Origin: an uncultured Enterobacteriaceae bacterium
Lineage (GTDB): Bacteria > Pseudomonadota > Gammaproteobacteria > Burkholderiales > SG8-39
Assembly: GCA_964582155.1 (NCBI GenBank)
Contig: CAZOSA010000001.1
Coordinates: 7,878-71,877, forward strand
Direction of reading: 5' to 3'
DNA: 64,000 bases
Part shown: piece after piece, positions 23,699-34,498 of the stretch
How the letters are laid out: every line of letters starts with the position of its first letter
Numbering within the stretch: position 1 is the first letter of the stretch
The notes under the pieces: generated by a model
Database searches by the model: none
Told to the model about the DNA's origin: nothing
Seen by the model: the letters and a program-made list of their open reading frames with translations, nothing else
Program-made: the position numbers and the translations under genes

Positions 23699-24574
23699 AT
23701 GCCACGTCCCCTGCGCAAAGCGGTTTTCCCGGTGGCCGGCTTCGGCAGCCGCTTCCTGCCCGCCACCAAGGCGAGCCCGAAGGAAATGCTGCCGATCGTG
23801 GACAAGCCGCTGATCCAGTACGCGGTGGAGGAGGCAGCCGCGGCCGGAATCACCGACTTGATCTTCATCACGGGCCGCAACAAGCGCGCCATCGAGGACC
23901 ACTTCGACACGGCCTATGAGATCGAGTCCGACCTCGAGGCGAAGGGCAAGCGCGCCCTGCTTGAGGTGGTGCAGGGTGTCCTGCCTGCTGGCTGCCGCTG
24001 CATCTACATCCGACAGCCCGAGCAGCTTGGCCTGGGCCACGCGGTGCTGTGCGCCCAGCCGGTGGTCGGCGACGAGCCCTTCGCCGTGCTGCTCGCCGAC
24101 GACCTCATCGATGGACAACCGCCGGCACTGGCGCAGATGGCGCGGCATTTTGCCGCCGAAGGCAGCTCGATTCTCGGCGTGGAGGAAGTCGCCCGCGAAA
24201 ATACTGCAAGCTACGGCATCGTCAGCACGGAGCGACCCGAGGCGCAGCTGAGCGCGATTCGCGCCATCGTCGAGAAACCGAAGCCCGAGGTGGCGCCGTC
24301 GACGCTCGCCGTCGTCGGGCGCTATGTACTGACGCCGCGCGTGTTCGAAAAACTGGCGACCGTAAAACCGGGCAGCGGTGGAGAAATCCAGCTTACCGAC
24401 GCGATCTCCGCGCTGCTGGCGGACGAACGCGTCCTGGCTTATCGCTTTACCGGCAAGCGCTACGACTGCGGCTCCAAACTGGGCTATTTGCAGGCCACGG
24501 TGGAGTTGGGGCTGAAGCATGGTGAAGTCGGCGCGGCGTTCGCGCGTTTCCTCGCTGGACGCCGTGATGCCTGA
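23699..24574 (+). CDS. galU: UTP--glucose-1-phosphate uridylyltransferase
   Basis: ATG 23699 inside ORF 22844..24574 gives [41 protein letters not shown]. Confidence 0.93.
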   Translation: MPRPLRKAVFPVAGFGSRFLPATKASPKEMLPIVDKPLIQYAVEEAAAAGITDLIFITGRNKRAIEDHFDTAYEIESDLEAKGKRALLEVVQGVLPAGCRCIYIRQPEQLGLGHAVLCAQPVVGDEPFAVLLADDLIDGQPPALAQMARHFAAEGSSILGVEEVARENTASYGIVSTERPEAQLSAIRAIVEKPKPEVAPSTLAVVGRYVLTPRVFEKLATVKPGSGGEIQLTDAISALLADERVLAYRFTGKRYDCGSKLGYLQATVELGLKHGEVGAAFARFLAGRRDA

Positions 24575-25115
24575 CGTGAAGGCAGCCTGGGAGTTCCTGG
24601 AGAACTCGGACCTGGTCGCAGGCGCGGGAGAAATCCAGAAGGCGATCGAACGCCTGGCCGCAGAGATCACGCAGGCGCTTTCCGGGCAATACCCGCTGGT
24701 CCTGGTCGTCATGGGCGGCGCGGTGGTATTCGCCGGGCAGATGCTGCCCAAGCTGCGTTTCCCGATCGATTTCGACTACGTGCATGCCACCCGGTATGGC
24801 GCAGCGATCCGGGGCGGCGGCATCGACTGGAAGGTGACCCCGCCCGAGGACGTACGCGGGCGCATGGTGCTGTTGCTCGACGACATACTGGATGGCGGCG
24901 AGACCCTGTGCGCCATCCGCGACAGGCTGCTCGCCCTGGGTGCGAGGAAAGTGTACTGCGCGGTGCTGGTGGAGAAGACGCTGGCCCGCGCGAAACCGGT
25001 TACAGCCGACTTCGTCGGCCTGCGCATCCCGGACCGCTTCGTATTCGGCTGCGGCATGGACGCCAAAGGCTACTGGCGCAATCTGCCGGAAATCCGCGCC
25101 ATCAAGGAGCCATGA
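24567..25115 (+). CDS. hpt: hypoxanthine-guanine phosphoribosyltransferase
   Basis: ATG 24567 overlaps the galU end by 8 nt. PRPP-binding motif [14 protein letters not shown]; 182 aa. Confidence 0.85.
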   Translation: MPDVKAAWEFLENSDLVAGAGEIQKAIERLAAEITQALSGQYPLVLVVMGGAVVFAGQMLPKLRFPIDFDYVHATRYGAAIRGGGIDWKVTPPEDVRGRMVLLLDDILDGGETLCAIRDRLLALGARKVYCAVLVEKTLARAKPVTADFVGLRIPDRFVFGCGMDAKGYWRNLPEIRAIKEP

Positions 25116-25852
25116 TGCTTGCAGTCATAGGCGGCAGCGGCCTGTCGCAGCTCGCCAGCCTCGAAGTCACGCAGCGCAAGGTGGTGCGCACGCCCTATGG
25201 CGAGCCCTCGGGCGCGCTGACCTTTGGCCGCATTCGCGGCAAGACCCTGGTGTTCCTCGCACGTCATGGTTACGGCCACACGGTACCGCCGCATGAAGTC
25301 AATTACCGCGCCAACCTCTGGGCGTTGAAGGAGCAGCAGGTTGCGGGCGTGGTGTCGGTCGCTTCCGTGGGCGGCATCCGCCGCGACGTGGGGCCGGGCG
25401 TGCTGCTGGTTCCCGACCAGATCATCGATTACACCTGGGGGCGGCGCTCCACTTATTTCGAGGGCGCCGGCGCCCCGGTGACGCACATCGATTTCACCGA
25501 GCCGTACACACAGTCCCTGCGCCAGCGCATTCTGGCCGCCGCTGTGGCATGCGGGGAGCGCATCATCGATGGCGGTGTGTACGCCGCGACGCAGGGGCCG
25601 CGTCTGGAGAGCGCGGCCGAGATCAACCGCCTGGAGCGCGACGGCGCGGACATCGTCGGCATGACCGGGATGCCGGAAGCGTCGCTGGCGCGCGAACTGG
25701 ACCTGGATTACGCCGCGGTTGCGGTAAGCGCGAATTTCGCTGCCGGCCGGGGTGATAGCGCGCATTCCATCCCGCTGGAACGCATCGAGGCGGTGCTCGC
25801 CGAGGCCATGGGGCGGGTGCGGCGCATCATCGAACAGCTGATCGCGGCATGA
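25112..25852 (+). CDS. mtnP: S-methyl-5'-thioinosine/thioadenosine phosphorylase (MtnP/MTIP family)
   Basis: ATG 25112 overlaps the hpt stop (ATGA). [14 protein letters not shown].., [49 protein letters not shown]. From memory it closely resembles the Pseudomonas MTI phosphorylase. MTA versus MTI specificity cannot be judged by eye. Confidence 0.85.
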   Translation: MMLAVIGGSGLSQLASLEVTQRKVVRTPYGEPSGALTFGRIRGKTLVFLARHGYGHTVPPHEVNYRANLWALKEQQVAGVVSVASVGGIRRDVGPGVLLVPDQIIDYTWGRRSTYFEGAGAPVTHIDFTEPYTQSLRQRILAAAVACGERIIDGGVYAATQGPRLESAAEINRLERDGADIVGMTGMPEASLARELDLDYAAVAVSANFAAGRGDSAHSIPLERIEAVLAEAMGRVRRIIEQLIAA

Positions 25853-26382
25853 TTCGCGCGGTGCTCAGGATGGGCGAACCTGGACTGCTCTGCGTCGCCA
25901 AACCGGTCGAGCGCTTCGGCACCCCGGAACTGGCTGCGCTCCTTGGCGACATGCGCGACACCATGGAGCATCTGAGCGGGGCGGGGTTGGCGGCCCCGCA
26001 GATCGGCGTCGGCCTGCGCGTGGTGATCTTCGGGGTGAAATCCAACCCGCGCTACCCGCAGGTCGAGGAGGTTCCCGACACCGTGCTGATCAATCCGGTG
26101 CTGGAGCCCCTCGGGTCGGAGCTGGAGGAAGACTGGGAAGGCTGCCTGTCGGTTCCCGGCATGCGCGGCGTCGTGCCGCGCCACCGGCGCCTGCGCTACG
26201 CGGGATTCAACGAACTGGGGCGCCGCTTCGAGCGTACGGTCGAAGGCTTCCACGCGCGCGTCGTGCAGCACGAGTGCGACCACCTGGACGGCATCCTGTA
26301 TCCGATGCGCATCCGCGATTTCTCGAAGTTCGGCTTCATCGAGGCGCTGTTTCCCGGGCAGGAACTGCCGCCGGAGGAATGA
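25849..26382 (+). CDS. def: peptide deformylase
   Basis: [16 protein letters not shown] and QHECDHLDG metal-binding motifs. The ATG overlaps the mtnP stop (ATGA). No adjacent fmt. Confidence 0.9.
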   Translation: MIRAVLRMGEPGLLCVAKPVERFGTPELAALLGDMRDTMEHLSGAGLAAPQIGVGLRVVIFGVKSNPRYPQVEEVPDTVLINPVLEPLGSELEEDWEGCLSVPGMRGVVPRHRRLRYAGFNELGRRFERTVEGFHARVVQHECDHLDGILYPMRIRDFSKFGFIEALFPGQELPPEE

Positions 26383-26385
26383 GCG

Positions 26386-28953
26386 CTAGCGGACCTGAAG
26401 CTCTTTGAGCAATTCCTGCTCGAGCTGCAGCACTTCCTTCTGGTTCGACAGCGCCTCTCCCGAGACCAGGAAAACGTCCTCTGCGCGGTCGCCCAGCGTA
26501 TTGATCTTCGCGGTGTGCAGGTTGACGCGGTGCATGGCGAGGTTGCGGGCGATGCCGTACAGCAGACCCGGGCGATCCGCGGCGACAATCGACAGCACCT
26601 GGTAGGTGCCGCGCTCGTCGGGCCGAAGGCTGACTGCCGGCGAAATCGGGAAGTGGCGCACGCGCCGCGACAGCCGCCCCCCGCGCGGCGACGGCAGCGG
26701 CTCCTGGGACGCGAGCTCCTGCGGCAGCTCCTTTTCGATCAGCTCGAGCAGGTCGCGGTAATGCGCGCCGGGGCCCTGGCCCATGATCAGGAAGGTGTCC
26801 AGGGCGTAGCCGTGCTTCGTGGTGTGAATTTTCGCCTCGACGATGTTGAAGCCGGCGCGCTCGAAGTAGCCGCAGATGCGCGCGAACAGGGCTTCCCGGT
26901 CGGGCGTGTAGATCATCACCTGCAGGCCCTCGCCGATCGGGGCCAGCCTCGCCTTGACCACCGGCGCCGGCGTGCCGACGCGGTAGTGCAGGTTGCGAGT
27001 CTGCCAGGCGATCTCCTGGGCGTCGTGGCGCAGGAAGTAGGCCGTGTCGAGCTGCGCCCAGAACTCGTCCTTGACGCTGTCCGAGAGCGCATAGAGCCGC
27101 AGCAGCCGGGCCGCTTCGGCCTGCTTCTCGGCCAGCGCCGCGTCGAGTCCCTGCGTCTGGCCGGTCAGCGCACGGCGCGTGGCGCGGAACAGGTCCTCGA
27201 TCAGCTTCGCCTTCCAGGCATTCCACACCCTGGGACTGGTGCCGCGGATGTCCGCCACGGTCAGCAGGTACAGCGCGATCAGCCGCCGCTCGCTGCCGAC
27301 CTTGCACGCAAAGGCCTGCACCACTTCGGGGTCATGGATGTCCTCCTTTTGCGCGGTGCCCGACATGCTCAGGTGGTGCTCGACCAGGAAGGCCGCCAGG
27401 TCGCCATCCTCGCGCGCCAGACCGTGGCGCCGCGAAAAGGCGCGCACGTCGCTCATGCCGAGTTCGGAATGGTCGCCGCCGCGTCCCTTGGCGATGTCGT
27501 GGTACAGGGCCGCGACGTAGAGCAGCCAGCGCCGCTCGAAGCCGTCCATCAACTGGCTGCACAGCGGGAACTCGTGCGCAAACTCCGTCATCGTGAAGCG
27601 GCGCAGGTTGCGCACCACCATCAGGATGTGCTGGTCCACGGTGTAGACGTGGAAAAGATCGTGCTGCATCTGGCCGACGATGCGCCCGAACTCGGGCAGG
27701 TAGCGCCCCAGCACGTCGTACTGGTTCATGCGGCGGAACTCGTGCACGATGCCGCGACGCTGCTGCAGCATTTGCAGGAACATGAGTTTCGCCACCGCAT
27801 CGCGCCGCAGCCTGGCGTCGACCCGAGCGCGCGCGCGCCAGAGGGCGCGCAGCGTCGGCGCGGTCATGCCGCGCAGCTCCTGGTGTTGCTGCAGGAGCAG
27901 GAAGGATTCCAGGATCGAGCGCGGCTCGCGCTCGAACAGGTCCTCGCGGCAGGCTTCGAGGCGCTCGCCCCGCACCTGGAAGCGCTCGTTCAGGGGGCGC
28001 GCTACCAGATCCTGTTGCGGAAGCAACCGGGCCTCGAGGTTCTGCAGCAGGATGGTATTGAGCTGCGTGACCCCCTTGGCCGTGTGGTAGTAGCGCTGCA
28101 TCAGCTGTTCGCTCGCGCGCCGCGTCGTCGACCCGCGGCAGCCGCATTGCTCGGCGAGCGCGGCCTGGTAGTCGAAGACGATCCGATCCTCGCGCCGCCC
28201 GGCAAGGTAGTGCAGGCGGATGCGCAAATCGTGCAGCAGCGCCTCGTGGCGCGCGAGTTGCGCAGCCTCCGCGGGCAGCAGCAGGCCCCGGCGGCGCAGC
28301 TCGCGCCACCGCCAGCCCAGCCCGCAGGCGCGCGCGATCCACTGGATGGTGTGCAGGTCGCGCAGCCCTCCGGGCGCCTCCTTCAGGTTGGGTTCCAGGG
28401 CGTAAGCCGTGTCCTGGTGCTTGGCGTGGCGCTGCTCCTGCTCGAGGATCTTGCCTTTGAAGAAGGCGGGGACGTCGAGCGAGCGCTGCATTGCGCCGGC
28501 CAGCTTGTGCAACAGTGCCCGGCTGCCGGCCAGGTGCCGGGCCTCGAGCAGCGTGGTCTGGATCGTGACGTCGCCCGCGCCGGCCTCGACACACCCGCGC
28601 ACCGTACGCACGCTGTGTCCCACTTCCAGGCCGATGTCCCAGAACATCCCGACCAGCCGCTCCAGGCGCTCGCGTTCGGCGGCGCTGGGCTCGCGCGCCA
28701 GCAGCACCAGGATGTCGATGTCGGAACTGGGAAACAACTCGGCGCGACCGTAGCCACCGGTGGCGAGCAGCGTCGCGTTGGAAGCGGGCTGAAAATCGCG
28801 CCACAGGCCGCGCAGAATGCGGTCGATGAGCCGCGTATGACCACGCAGCAGCCTGGGGGGCGACGGGCGGCGCTGGTAGGCTTCGCGCAGGGCATGGCGC
28901 CCGGCCTGCAGCGACTCGCGCCACTCCACGGCCGGCACCAGGACGGCGCTCAT
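26386..28953 (-). CDS. glnD: bifunctional uridylyltransferase/uridylyl-removing enzyme (PII)
   Basis: 855 aa with an N-terminal nucleotidyltransferase (GGYGRAELFPSSDIDILVL), an HD domain (LYHDIAKGRGGDHSELG) and two C-terminal ACT-like domains. Confidence 0.95.
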   Translation of the reverse strand: MSAVLVPAVEWRESLQAGRHALREAYQRRPSPPRLLRGHTRLIDRILRGLWRDFQPASNATLLATGGYGRAELFPSSDIDILVLLAREPSAAERERLERLVGMFWDIGLEVGHSVRTVRGCVEAGAGDVTIQTTLLEARHLAGSRALLHKLAGAMQRSLDVPAFFKGKILEQEQRHAKHQDTAYALEPNLKEAPGGLRDLHTIQWIARACGLGWRWRELRRRGLLLPAEAAQLARHEALLHDLRIRLHYLAGRREDRIVFDYQAALAEQCGCRGSTTRRASEQLMQRYYHTAKGVTQLNTILLQNLEARLLPQQDLVARPLNERFQVRGERLEACREDLFEREPRSILESFLLLQQHQELRGMTAPTLRALWRARARVDARLRRDAVAKLMFLQMLQQRRGIVHEFRRMNQYDVLGRYLPEFGRIVGQMQHDLFHVYTVDQHILMVVRNLRRFTMTEFAHEFPLCSQLMDGFERRWLLYVAALYHDIAKGRGGDHSELGMSDVRAFSRRHGLAREDGDLAAFLVEHHLSMSGTAQKEDIHDPEVVQAFACKVGSERRLIALYLLTVADIRGTSPRVWNAWKAKLIEDLFRATRRALTGQTQGLDAALAEKQAEAARLLRLYALSDSVKDEFWAQLDTAYFLRHDAQEIAWQTRNLHYRVGTPAPVVKARLAPIGEGLQVMIYTPDREALFARICGYFERAGFNIVEAKIHTTKHGYALDTFLIMGQGPGAHYRDLLELIEKELPQELASQEPLPSPRGGRLSRRVRHFPISPAVSLRPDERGTYQVLSIVAADRPGLLYGIARNLAMHRVNLHTAKINTLGDRAEDVFLVSGEALSNQKEVLQLEQELLKELQVR

Positions 28954-28954
28954 G

Positions 28955-29752
28955 TCACTGCAGGGGCGGCGGCGCGGGTGTGCCGGAAGAAGTGGTCAGC
29001 ACCTCGCAGCCGCTCTCCGTCACCAGCACCGTGTGCTCCCATTGCGCCGAAAGGCTGTGATCCTTGGTGACGATGGTCCAGCCATCCGCCAGCTCGCGGA
29101 TGCCGGACTTGCCGGCATTGATCATGGGCTCCACGGTGAAGGTCATGCCCGCCTCGAGCCGCAGTCCAGTGCCCGGTTTGCCGTAGTGCAGGATCTGCGG
29201 GTCCTCGTGGAATTTGCGGCCGATGCCGTGGCCGCAGAATTCGCGCACCACGGAATAGCCGTGCTTTTCCGCGTGCGTCTGGATTGCCGCGCCCAGGTCG
29301 CCCAACTGAGCGCCGGCGCGCACGCGCTCGATGCCGCGCCACATGCATTCGTAAGTGACCTCCGCCAGCCGGCGCGCCTGGATGCTTGGCTCGCCCACGT
29401 AATACATGCGGCTGCTGTCGCCGTGGAAACCGTCCTTGATGACCGTGACGTCGATGTTCAGGATGTCGCCGGGCTTGAGCACCCGCTCCCCGGGGATGCC
29501 GTGGCAGACCTGGTGGTTGACCGAGGTGCAGATCGACTTGGGAAAGGGCCTGTAGCCGGGCGGAGCGTAGTTGAGCGGCGCTGGCGTCGTGGCTTGCACG
29601 TTGAGCATGTATGCGTGGCACAGGTCGTTCAGCCGCCCCGTCGTCACTCCCGGTTTCACGTAAGGCGCGATGTAGTCGAGGACCTCCGCGGCAAGGCGGC
29701 CGGCAATCCGCATCCTGCCGATCTCCTCGGGAGACTTCAGTGCGACGGGCAT
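28955..29752 (-). CDS. map: type I methionyl aminopeptidase
   Basis: 265 aa with metal-ligand contexts ILNIDVT, GHGIGRKFHE, FTVEPM and WEHTVLVT. Confidence 0.95.
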   Translation of the reverse strand: MPVALKSPEEIGRMRIAGRLAAEVLDYIAPYVKPGVTTGRLNDLCHAYMLNVQATTPAPLNYAPPGYRPFPKSICTSVNHQVCHGIPGERVLKPGDILNIDVTVIKDGFHGDSSRMYYVGEPSIQARRLAEVTYECMWRGIERVRAGAQLGDLGAAIQTHAEKHGYSVVREFCGHGIGRKFHEDPQILHYGKPGTGLRLEAGMTFTVEPMINAGKSGIRELADGWTIVTKDHSLSAQWEHTVLVTESGCEVLTTSSGTPAPPPLQ

Positions 29753-29772
29753 CTGGGGAAAAAGGCTGATTA

Positions 29773-29781
29773 TGCTAGAAT
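29773..29781 (+). promoter_or_regulatory. candidate extended -10 promoter of rpsB-tsf
   Basis: TGCTAGAAT (TGn + TAGAAT) lies about 125 nt upstream of the rpsB start. No good -35 is present, consistent with the extended -10 class. Motif match only. Confidence 0.4.
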
Positions 29782-29906
29782 TTTGGCCTGGCCTGCATCG
29801 CGTTTAACAGCGCAGCGGGCCAAATTTCCCGCCTCGGCCGGTTAGGGTGCCCGTAAGGGTTTTCAGTTCGACCGCGGCGGCAGACATCAACCCTAAGGAG
29901 TGCAAA

Positions 29907-30653
29907 GTGTCGGCAAGCATGCGTGAAATGCTGGAGGCGGGGGTCCATTTCGGACACCAGACCCGCTACTGGAACCCGAAGATGGCCCCCTACATCTTCG
30001 GTCACCGCAACAAGATCCATATCATCAACCTGGAAAAGACCCTGGCCATGTACCAGGACGCGCTGAAATACGTGCGCCAACTGGCGGCCAATCGCGGCGC
30101 CATCCTGTTCGTGGGCACCAAGCGCCAGGCGCGCGAGATCTTGCGCGAGGAGGCGCTGCGCTGCGCCATGCCGTTCGTCGATCATCGCTGGCTCGGCGGC
30201 ATGCTGACGAACTTCAAGACCGTCAAGCAATCCATCAAGCGGCTCAAGGAGATGGAACAGATGGCGCAGGACGGGACGTTCGAAGGCATGGCGAAGAAGG
30301 AGGCGCTCGGCCTGCAGCGCGAATTGACCAAATTGCAACGTTCGCTGGGCGGGATCAAGGATCTTTCAGGCCTGCCGGACGCGCTGTTCGTGATCGACGT
30401 CGGCTACCAGAAGGGCGCCATCGCCGAAGCGGTCAAACTCGGCATTCCCGTGGTCGGAGTGGTCGATACGAACCATTCGCCCGAGGGCATCAGCTACGTG
30501 ATTCCCGGCAACGACGACTCGAGCCGCGCGATCCGGCTGTACGCGCGCGGCATCGCAGACGCGGTGCTGGAAGGCCGCTCGAATTCGGTCGAAGAGGTCG
30601 CCGCGGCGTCGCGCGACGAATTCGTCGAAGTCGCCGAGGGGAGTGGCGACTGA
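29907..30653 (+). CDS. rpsB: 30S ribosomal protein S2
   Basis: GTG 29907 is preceded by AAGGAG (29895-29900). (M)[25 protein letters not shown] is the typical S2 N-terminus. Confidence 0.95.
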   Translation: MSASMREMLEAGVHFGHQTRYWNPKMAPYIFGHRNKIHIINLEKTLAMYQDALKYVRQLAANRGAILFVGTKRQAREILREEALRCAMPFVDHRWLGGMLTNFKTVKQSIKRLKEMEQMAQDGTFEGMAKKEALGLQRELTKLQRSLGGIKDLSGLPDALFVIDVGYQKGAIAEAVKLGIPVVGVVDTNHSPEGISYVIPGNDDSSRAIRLYARGIADAVLEGRSNSVEEVAAASRDEFVEVAEGSGD

Positions 30654-30676
30654 ACCGGCGGCATACATGGACCATA

Positions 30677-30700
30677 GGGGGGCCCTTGGCCCCTTTTTTT
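30677..30700 (+). terminator. rpsB-tsf intergenic hairpin (attenuator/terminator)
   Basis: GGGGCC-CTT-GGCCCC is a 6-bp GC stem followed by TTTTTTT (30694-30700). Confidence 0.55.
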
Positions 30701-30720
30701 GATCTTGGGAGCATGACGCG

Positions 30721-31578
30721 ATGGCGCAGATAAGCGCGGGCCTGGTAAAGGAACTGCGGGAACTTACCGGGCTCGGGATGATGGAATGCAAGAGGGCGCT
30801 CGCCGCTGCGGGCGGCGACCTGAAGAAGGCCGAGGAGCTGCTGCGCATCAAGAGCGGCGCCAAGGCGAGCAAGGCGGCCGGGCGTATTGCCGGCGAGGGG
30901 GTCATCGGGGCATGGCTGTCTGCCGACGCGAAGCTGGGCGCGCTGGTCGAGGTGAATTGCGAAACGGACTTTGTGGCGAAGAACGAGGACTTCATCGCTT
31001 TCGCACGGGAACTGGCGGAGGCGGTTGCGAAGAACAAGCCGGCGGACGTGCAGGGGCTGGCGAGTTTCGAGGCGCGCCGACAGAGCCTGGTGCAGAAGAT
31101 CGGCGAGAACATCTCCATCCGGCGCTTCGAGCGCATTCAGGCGGCGGGGCGCCTCGCGCTGTACCTGCACGGCGTGAAGATCGGTGTGTTGGTGGATCAC
31201 GATGGTACGGAGGACCTTGGTAAGGACCTGGCGATGCACGTTGCGGCCAACAAGCCACAGTACCTCTCGAAGGCCGAAGTGCCGGCCGAGGTCGTGGCGC
31301 GCGAGCGCGACATCGCCGCGGCGCGGGCCAAGGAGTCCGGCAAGCCACCTGAGATCGTCGCAAAGATGGTCGAGGGCGCGCTCAACAAGTTCCTCGCCGA
31401 GATCACGCTGCTCGGCCAGCCATTCGTCAAGGACGACAAGCTGTCGGTGGAGAAGGTGCTGGCGTCACGCAAAGCGAAGCTGAATGGCTACCGCTTCCTG
31501 GTGGTGGGAGCGGGCATCGAAAAGAAAAGCACTGACTTTGCCGCCGAAGTGATGGCCACGGCAGGAGCCGGGCGTTAA
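30721..31578 (+). CDS. tsf: elongation factor Ts
   Basis: [30 protein letters not shown]-like N-terminus and [16 protein letters not shown]. Confidence 0.96.
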   Translation: MAQISAGLVKELRELTGLGMMECKRALAAAGGDLKKAEELLRIKSGAKASKAAGRIAGEGVIGAWLSADAKLGALVEVNCETDFVAKNEDFIAFARELAEAVAKNKPADVQGLASFEARRQSLVQKIGENISIRRFERIQAAGRLALYLHGVKIGVLVDHDGTEDLGKDLAMHVAANKPQYLSKAEVPAEVVARERDIAAARAKESGKPPEIVAKMVEGALNKFLAEITLLGQPFVKDDKLSVEKVLASRKAKLNGYRFLVVGAGIEKKSTDFAAEVMATAGAGR

Positions 31579-31587
31579 GCGCGCACC

Positions 31588-32322
31588 ATGAAGCCGCGCG
31601 AAGCTGGCGTCGCCGCGAAGTACAAGCGCATCCTGCTCAAGCTGTCCGGAGAAGCGCTGATGGGCGACGATCCCTACGGCATCAACCGGCAGACGATCGA
31701 GGCGATCGTCGAGGAGATCGCCGCGGTGGTGCGCATGGGAGTCGAGATCGGCGTGGTGATCGGCGGCGGCAACATTTTCCGCGGCCTGGCGCCGGGCGCT
31801 GCCGGAATGGACCGCGCCACCGCGGACTATATGGGGATGCTGGCCACAGTGATGAATGCCCTGGCGCTGCAGGATGCCATGCGGCGCGCGGGGCTTGACT
31901 GCCGGGTGCAGTCTGCGCTCAATATCGAACAGGTGATCGAGCCCTATATCCGCGGCAAGGCCATCCGCTATCTCGAGGAAGGCAAGGTCGTGGTGTTCGC
32001 CGCCGGTACCGGCAACCCGTTCTTCACCACGGATACGGCGGCTGCGCTGCGCGCCAGCGAGGTCGGCGCGCAGATCGTGCTCAAGGCCACCAAAGTGGAC
32101 GGCGTCTACACCGCCGACCCGAAAAAGGACGCGACGGCCACGCGTTTCGAGCGCCTGACGTTCGATGAGGCCATCCAGCGCAACCTCAAGGTGATGGACG
32201 CCACCGCGCTGACGCTGTGCCGGGACCAGAAGCTGCCGGTGAACGTGTTCAGCATTTTCAAGAAGAATGCATTGCAGCGCGTGGTCGCCGGCGAGAACGA
32301 GGGCACGCTGGTGCACATCTGA
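31588..32322 (+). CDS. pyrH: UMP kinase
   Basis: [15 protein letters not shown].. and [11 protein letters not shown] motifs. Confidence 0.95.
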   Translation: MKPREAGVAAKYKRILLKLSGEALMGDDPYGINRQTIEAIVEEIAAVVRMGVEIGVVIGGGNIFRGLAPGAAGMDRATADYMGMLATVMNALALQDAMRRAGLDCRVQSALNIEQVIEPYIRGKAIRYLEEGKVVVFAAGTGNPFFTTDTAAALRASEVGAQIVLKATKVDGVYTADPKKDATATRFERLTFDEAIQRNLKVMDATALTLCRDQKLPVNVFSIFKKNALQRVVAGENEGTLVHI

Positions 32323-32333
32323 CGGGGAGCCCT

Positions 32334-32891
32334 ATGCTTGCCGAGCTCAGGAAGACCACTGAACAGAAGATGCACAAGAGCGTGGACGCGTTCAAGGTGG
32401 ACCTGTCCAAGGTGCGCACGGGGCGGGCGCACACCGGGCTGCTCGATCACATCACGGTGGACTACTACGGCACACCGGCACCACTCAACCAGGTGGCCAG
32501 GATCACCCTGCTCGATGCGCGTACCATCGGTGTAGCCCCTTTCGAAAAGAAGATGCTGCAGGCGGTGGACAAGGCAATCCGCGAGTCCGACCTGGGGCTC
32601 AATCCCGCGAGCATGGGAGATACCGTGCGCGTGCCGATGCCCGCGCTCACCGAGGAGCGGCGCAGGGAACTGATCAAGGTGGTAAGACACGAGGCCGAGA
32701 ACGCGCGCGTGGCGGTACGCAATCTGCGGCGCGACGCCAACCATCACCTCAAGGAAGCGCTGAAAAAGAAGGAGGTTTCCGAGAACGACGAGCGCCGGGC
32801 GCAGGACGAGGTGCAGAAACTCACCGATCGCTCGATCGCCGAGATCGACCAGCTGCTGCAGCAGAAGGAAGCCGAGTTGCTGGCGGTCTAG
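32334..32891 (+). CDS. frr: ribosome recycling factor
   Basis: ATG 32334 inside ORF 32217..32891 gives [33 protein letters not shown]; 185 aa. Confidence 0.95.
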   Translation: MLAELRKTTEQKMHKSVDAFKVDLSKVRTGRAHTGLLDHITVDYYGTPAPLNQVARITLLDARTIGVAPFEKKMLQAVDKAIRESDLGLNPASMGDTVRVPMPALTEERRRELIKVVRHEAENARVAVRNLRRDANHHLKEALKKKEVSENDERRAQDEVQKLTDRSIAEIDQLLQQKEAELLAV

Positions 32892-32898
32892 GCGCTGC

Positions 32899-33687
32899 GT
32901 GACCCACGACAGCTCCACGCAAGCGATCCCGCAGCTCGGCGACGTGCCCAGGCACATCGCCGTGATCATGGACGGCAATGGCCGCTGGGCGAAGCAGCGA
33001 CACCTGCCGCGCTTCGCCGGGCATCGTCGCGGGGTCGAGGCGGTACGCAGCACCGTGCAGGCCTGCGCCGAGCGCGGCGTGCAGTTCCTGACCTTGTTTG
33101 CCTTCAGTTCTGAAAACTGGCGCCGTCCCGCCGAAGAGGTTGCGCTGCTCATGCAGTTGTTCCACGGCGCGCTGAGCAACGAAGTGGACAAGCTGCACCG
33201 CAATGGCGTTCGCCTGCGCCTGGTGGGCGACCTCGGCCGATTCGACCCGCGCTTGCGCGCGCTGATAGAACAGGGCGAGCGCCTGACGGCTGCAAACGCG
33301 CGCCTCACGCTCACCATCGCAGCAAATTACGGCGGCCGCTGGGACATCCTGCAGGCACTGGGTCGGCTGCTGCGCGAACGTCCGGAGGCGGCGCACGCCC
33401 CTATCGAGGAAGCGCAGCTCGCGCGCCACCTGTCAATGAGCTACGCGCCGGAGCCCGACCTGTTCATCCGCACGGGCGGCGAGCAGCGCATGAGCAATTT
33501 CCTGCTGTGGCAGCTGGCTTACACCGAGCTTTACTTCACCGATACGCTTTGGCCCGACTTCGACGGCGTGGCGCTCGATGCCGCGATTGCGTCCTATGCA
33601 CGCCGCGAGCGCCGTTTCGGTCGCACCAGCGACCAACTGGAGGAGGCGAAGCGCGTCGCGTCCGCGCGGACCAGTGCGACTGGCTGA
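32899..33687 (+). CDS. uppS: di-trans,poly-cis-undecaprenyl-diphosphate synthase
   Basis: [27 protein letters not shown] and [23 protein letters not shown] motifs. Confidence 0.94.
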   Translation: MTHDSSTQAIPQLGDVPRHIAVIMDGNGRWAKQRHLPRFAGHRRGVEAVRSTVQACAERGVQFLTLFAFSSENWRRPAEEVALLMQLFHGALSNEVDKLHRNGVRLRLVGDLGRFDPRLRALIEQGERLTAANARLTLTIAANYGGRWDILQALGRLLRERPEAAHAPIEEAQLARHLSMSYAPEPDLFIRTGGEQRMSNFLLWQLAYTELYFTDTLWPDFDGVALDAAIASYARRERRFGRTSDQLEEAKRVASARTSATG

Positions 33688-34498
33688 AGGCCTGTTGCTG
33701 CGGGTGGCGACGGCAACGGTGCTGCTGGGAGGACTGCTCGCCGCCCTGTTTCTCTTCGACAGAGCGCAACTTGCCGTGTTGCTGGGGACCGTCATCGCGC
33801 TGGCGGGGCACGAATGGGGCCGGCTGGCGGGATTGGGCCGGTCGAACGCGGTGCTCTACGGAATCGTCGGTGGCGCGCTTTTCGGCACTGCGGCGTTTGC
33901 GTTGCGCGCGGCGCCTGGCGCGCAGGCGTGGCTGTTTGCCGCCAGCGGGTTTTTCTGGATTGCGCTGGCGCCCGCATGGATGCGCAACGGCATTGGCCAC
34001 AGTGGGCGCGCAATGCTCGCCGCTGCCGGCGTCGTCGTACTTGTGCCAGCGGGCCTGGCGGTGCTTGCGCTGCCCGCGGAGCGGCTGTTGCTGGTCCTGG
34101 GGTTGGTGTGGATCGCCGATACCGCCGCCTATTTCGCGGGACGCGCATTCGGCATGCACCAGCTCGCGCCCACGCTCAGCCCTGGCAAGACCTGGGAAGG
34201 CGTGGCCGGCGCCGTTGCCGCCACCCTGATCTACGCTATCATCTGCGCGGTACCAGGCGCGCCGTTCGCACATAGCGTGCGCAGCGTGGGCTGGGTTCCG
34301 TATCTGAGTGGAGTTGTTCTCCTGTGCGCACTCAGCATCGTGGGCGACTTGTTCGAATCCGCCCTCAAGCGGCGGGCCGGCGCCAAGGACAGCGGGCGCC
34401 TGCTTCCCGGGCATGGTGGCGTACTTGACCGCATCGACAGCGTGACGTCTACTTTGCCGATCGCCGCATTACTACTCGACTGGATGTCCGCGACTTGA
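33674..34498 (+). CDS. cdsA: phosphatidate cytidylyltransferase
   Basis: Multi-TM protein with the signature [28 protein letters not shown]. The start is uncertain: GTG 33674 overlaps the uppS end, and the ORF-track start 33578 is an over-extension. Confidence 0.88.
   Translation: MRLAEGLLLRVATATVLLGGLLAALFLFDRAQLAVLLGTVIALAGHEWGRLAGLGRSNAVLYGIVGGALFGTAAFALRAAPGAQAWLFAASGFFWIALAPAWMRNGIGHSGRAMLAAAGVVVLVPAGLAVLALPAERLLLVLGLVWIADTAAYFAGRAFGMHQLAPTLSPGKTWEGVAGAVAATLIYAIICAVPGAPFAHSVRSVGWVPYLSGVVLLCALSIVGDLFESALKRRAGAKDSGRLLPGHGGVLDRIDSVTSTLPIAALLLDWMSAT

Noticed and set aside
29783-29824. 7-bp helix TTTGGCC/GGCCAAA in the rpsB upstream region.
   Set aside because: If the TGCTAGAAT element is the promoter, the transcript would start at or after the 5' arm, so the helix would not form in the RNA. 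I kept only the downstream leader pairings as a finding.
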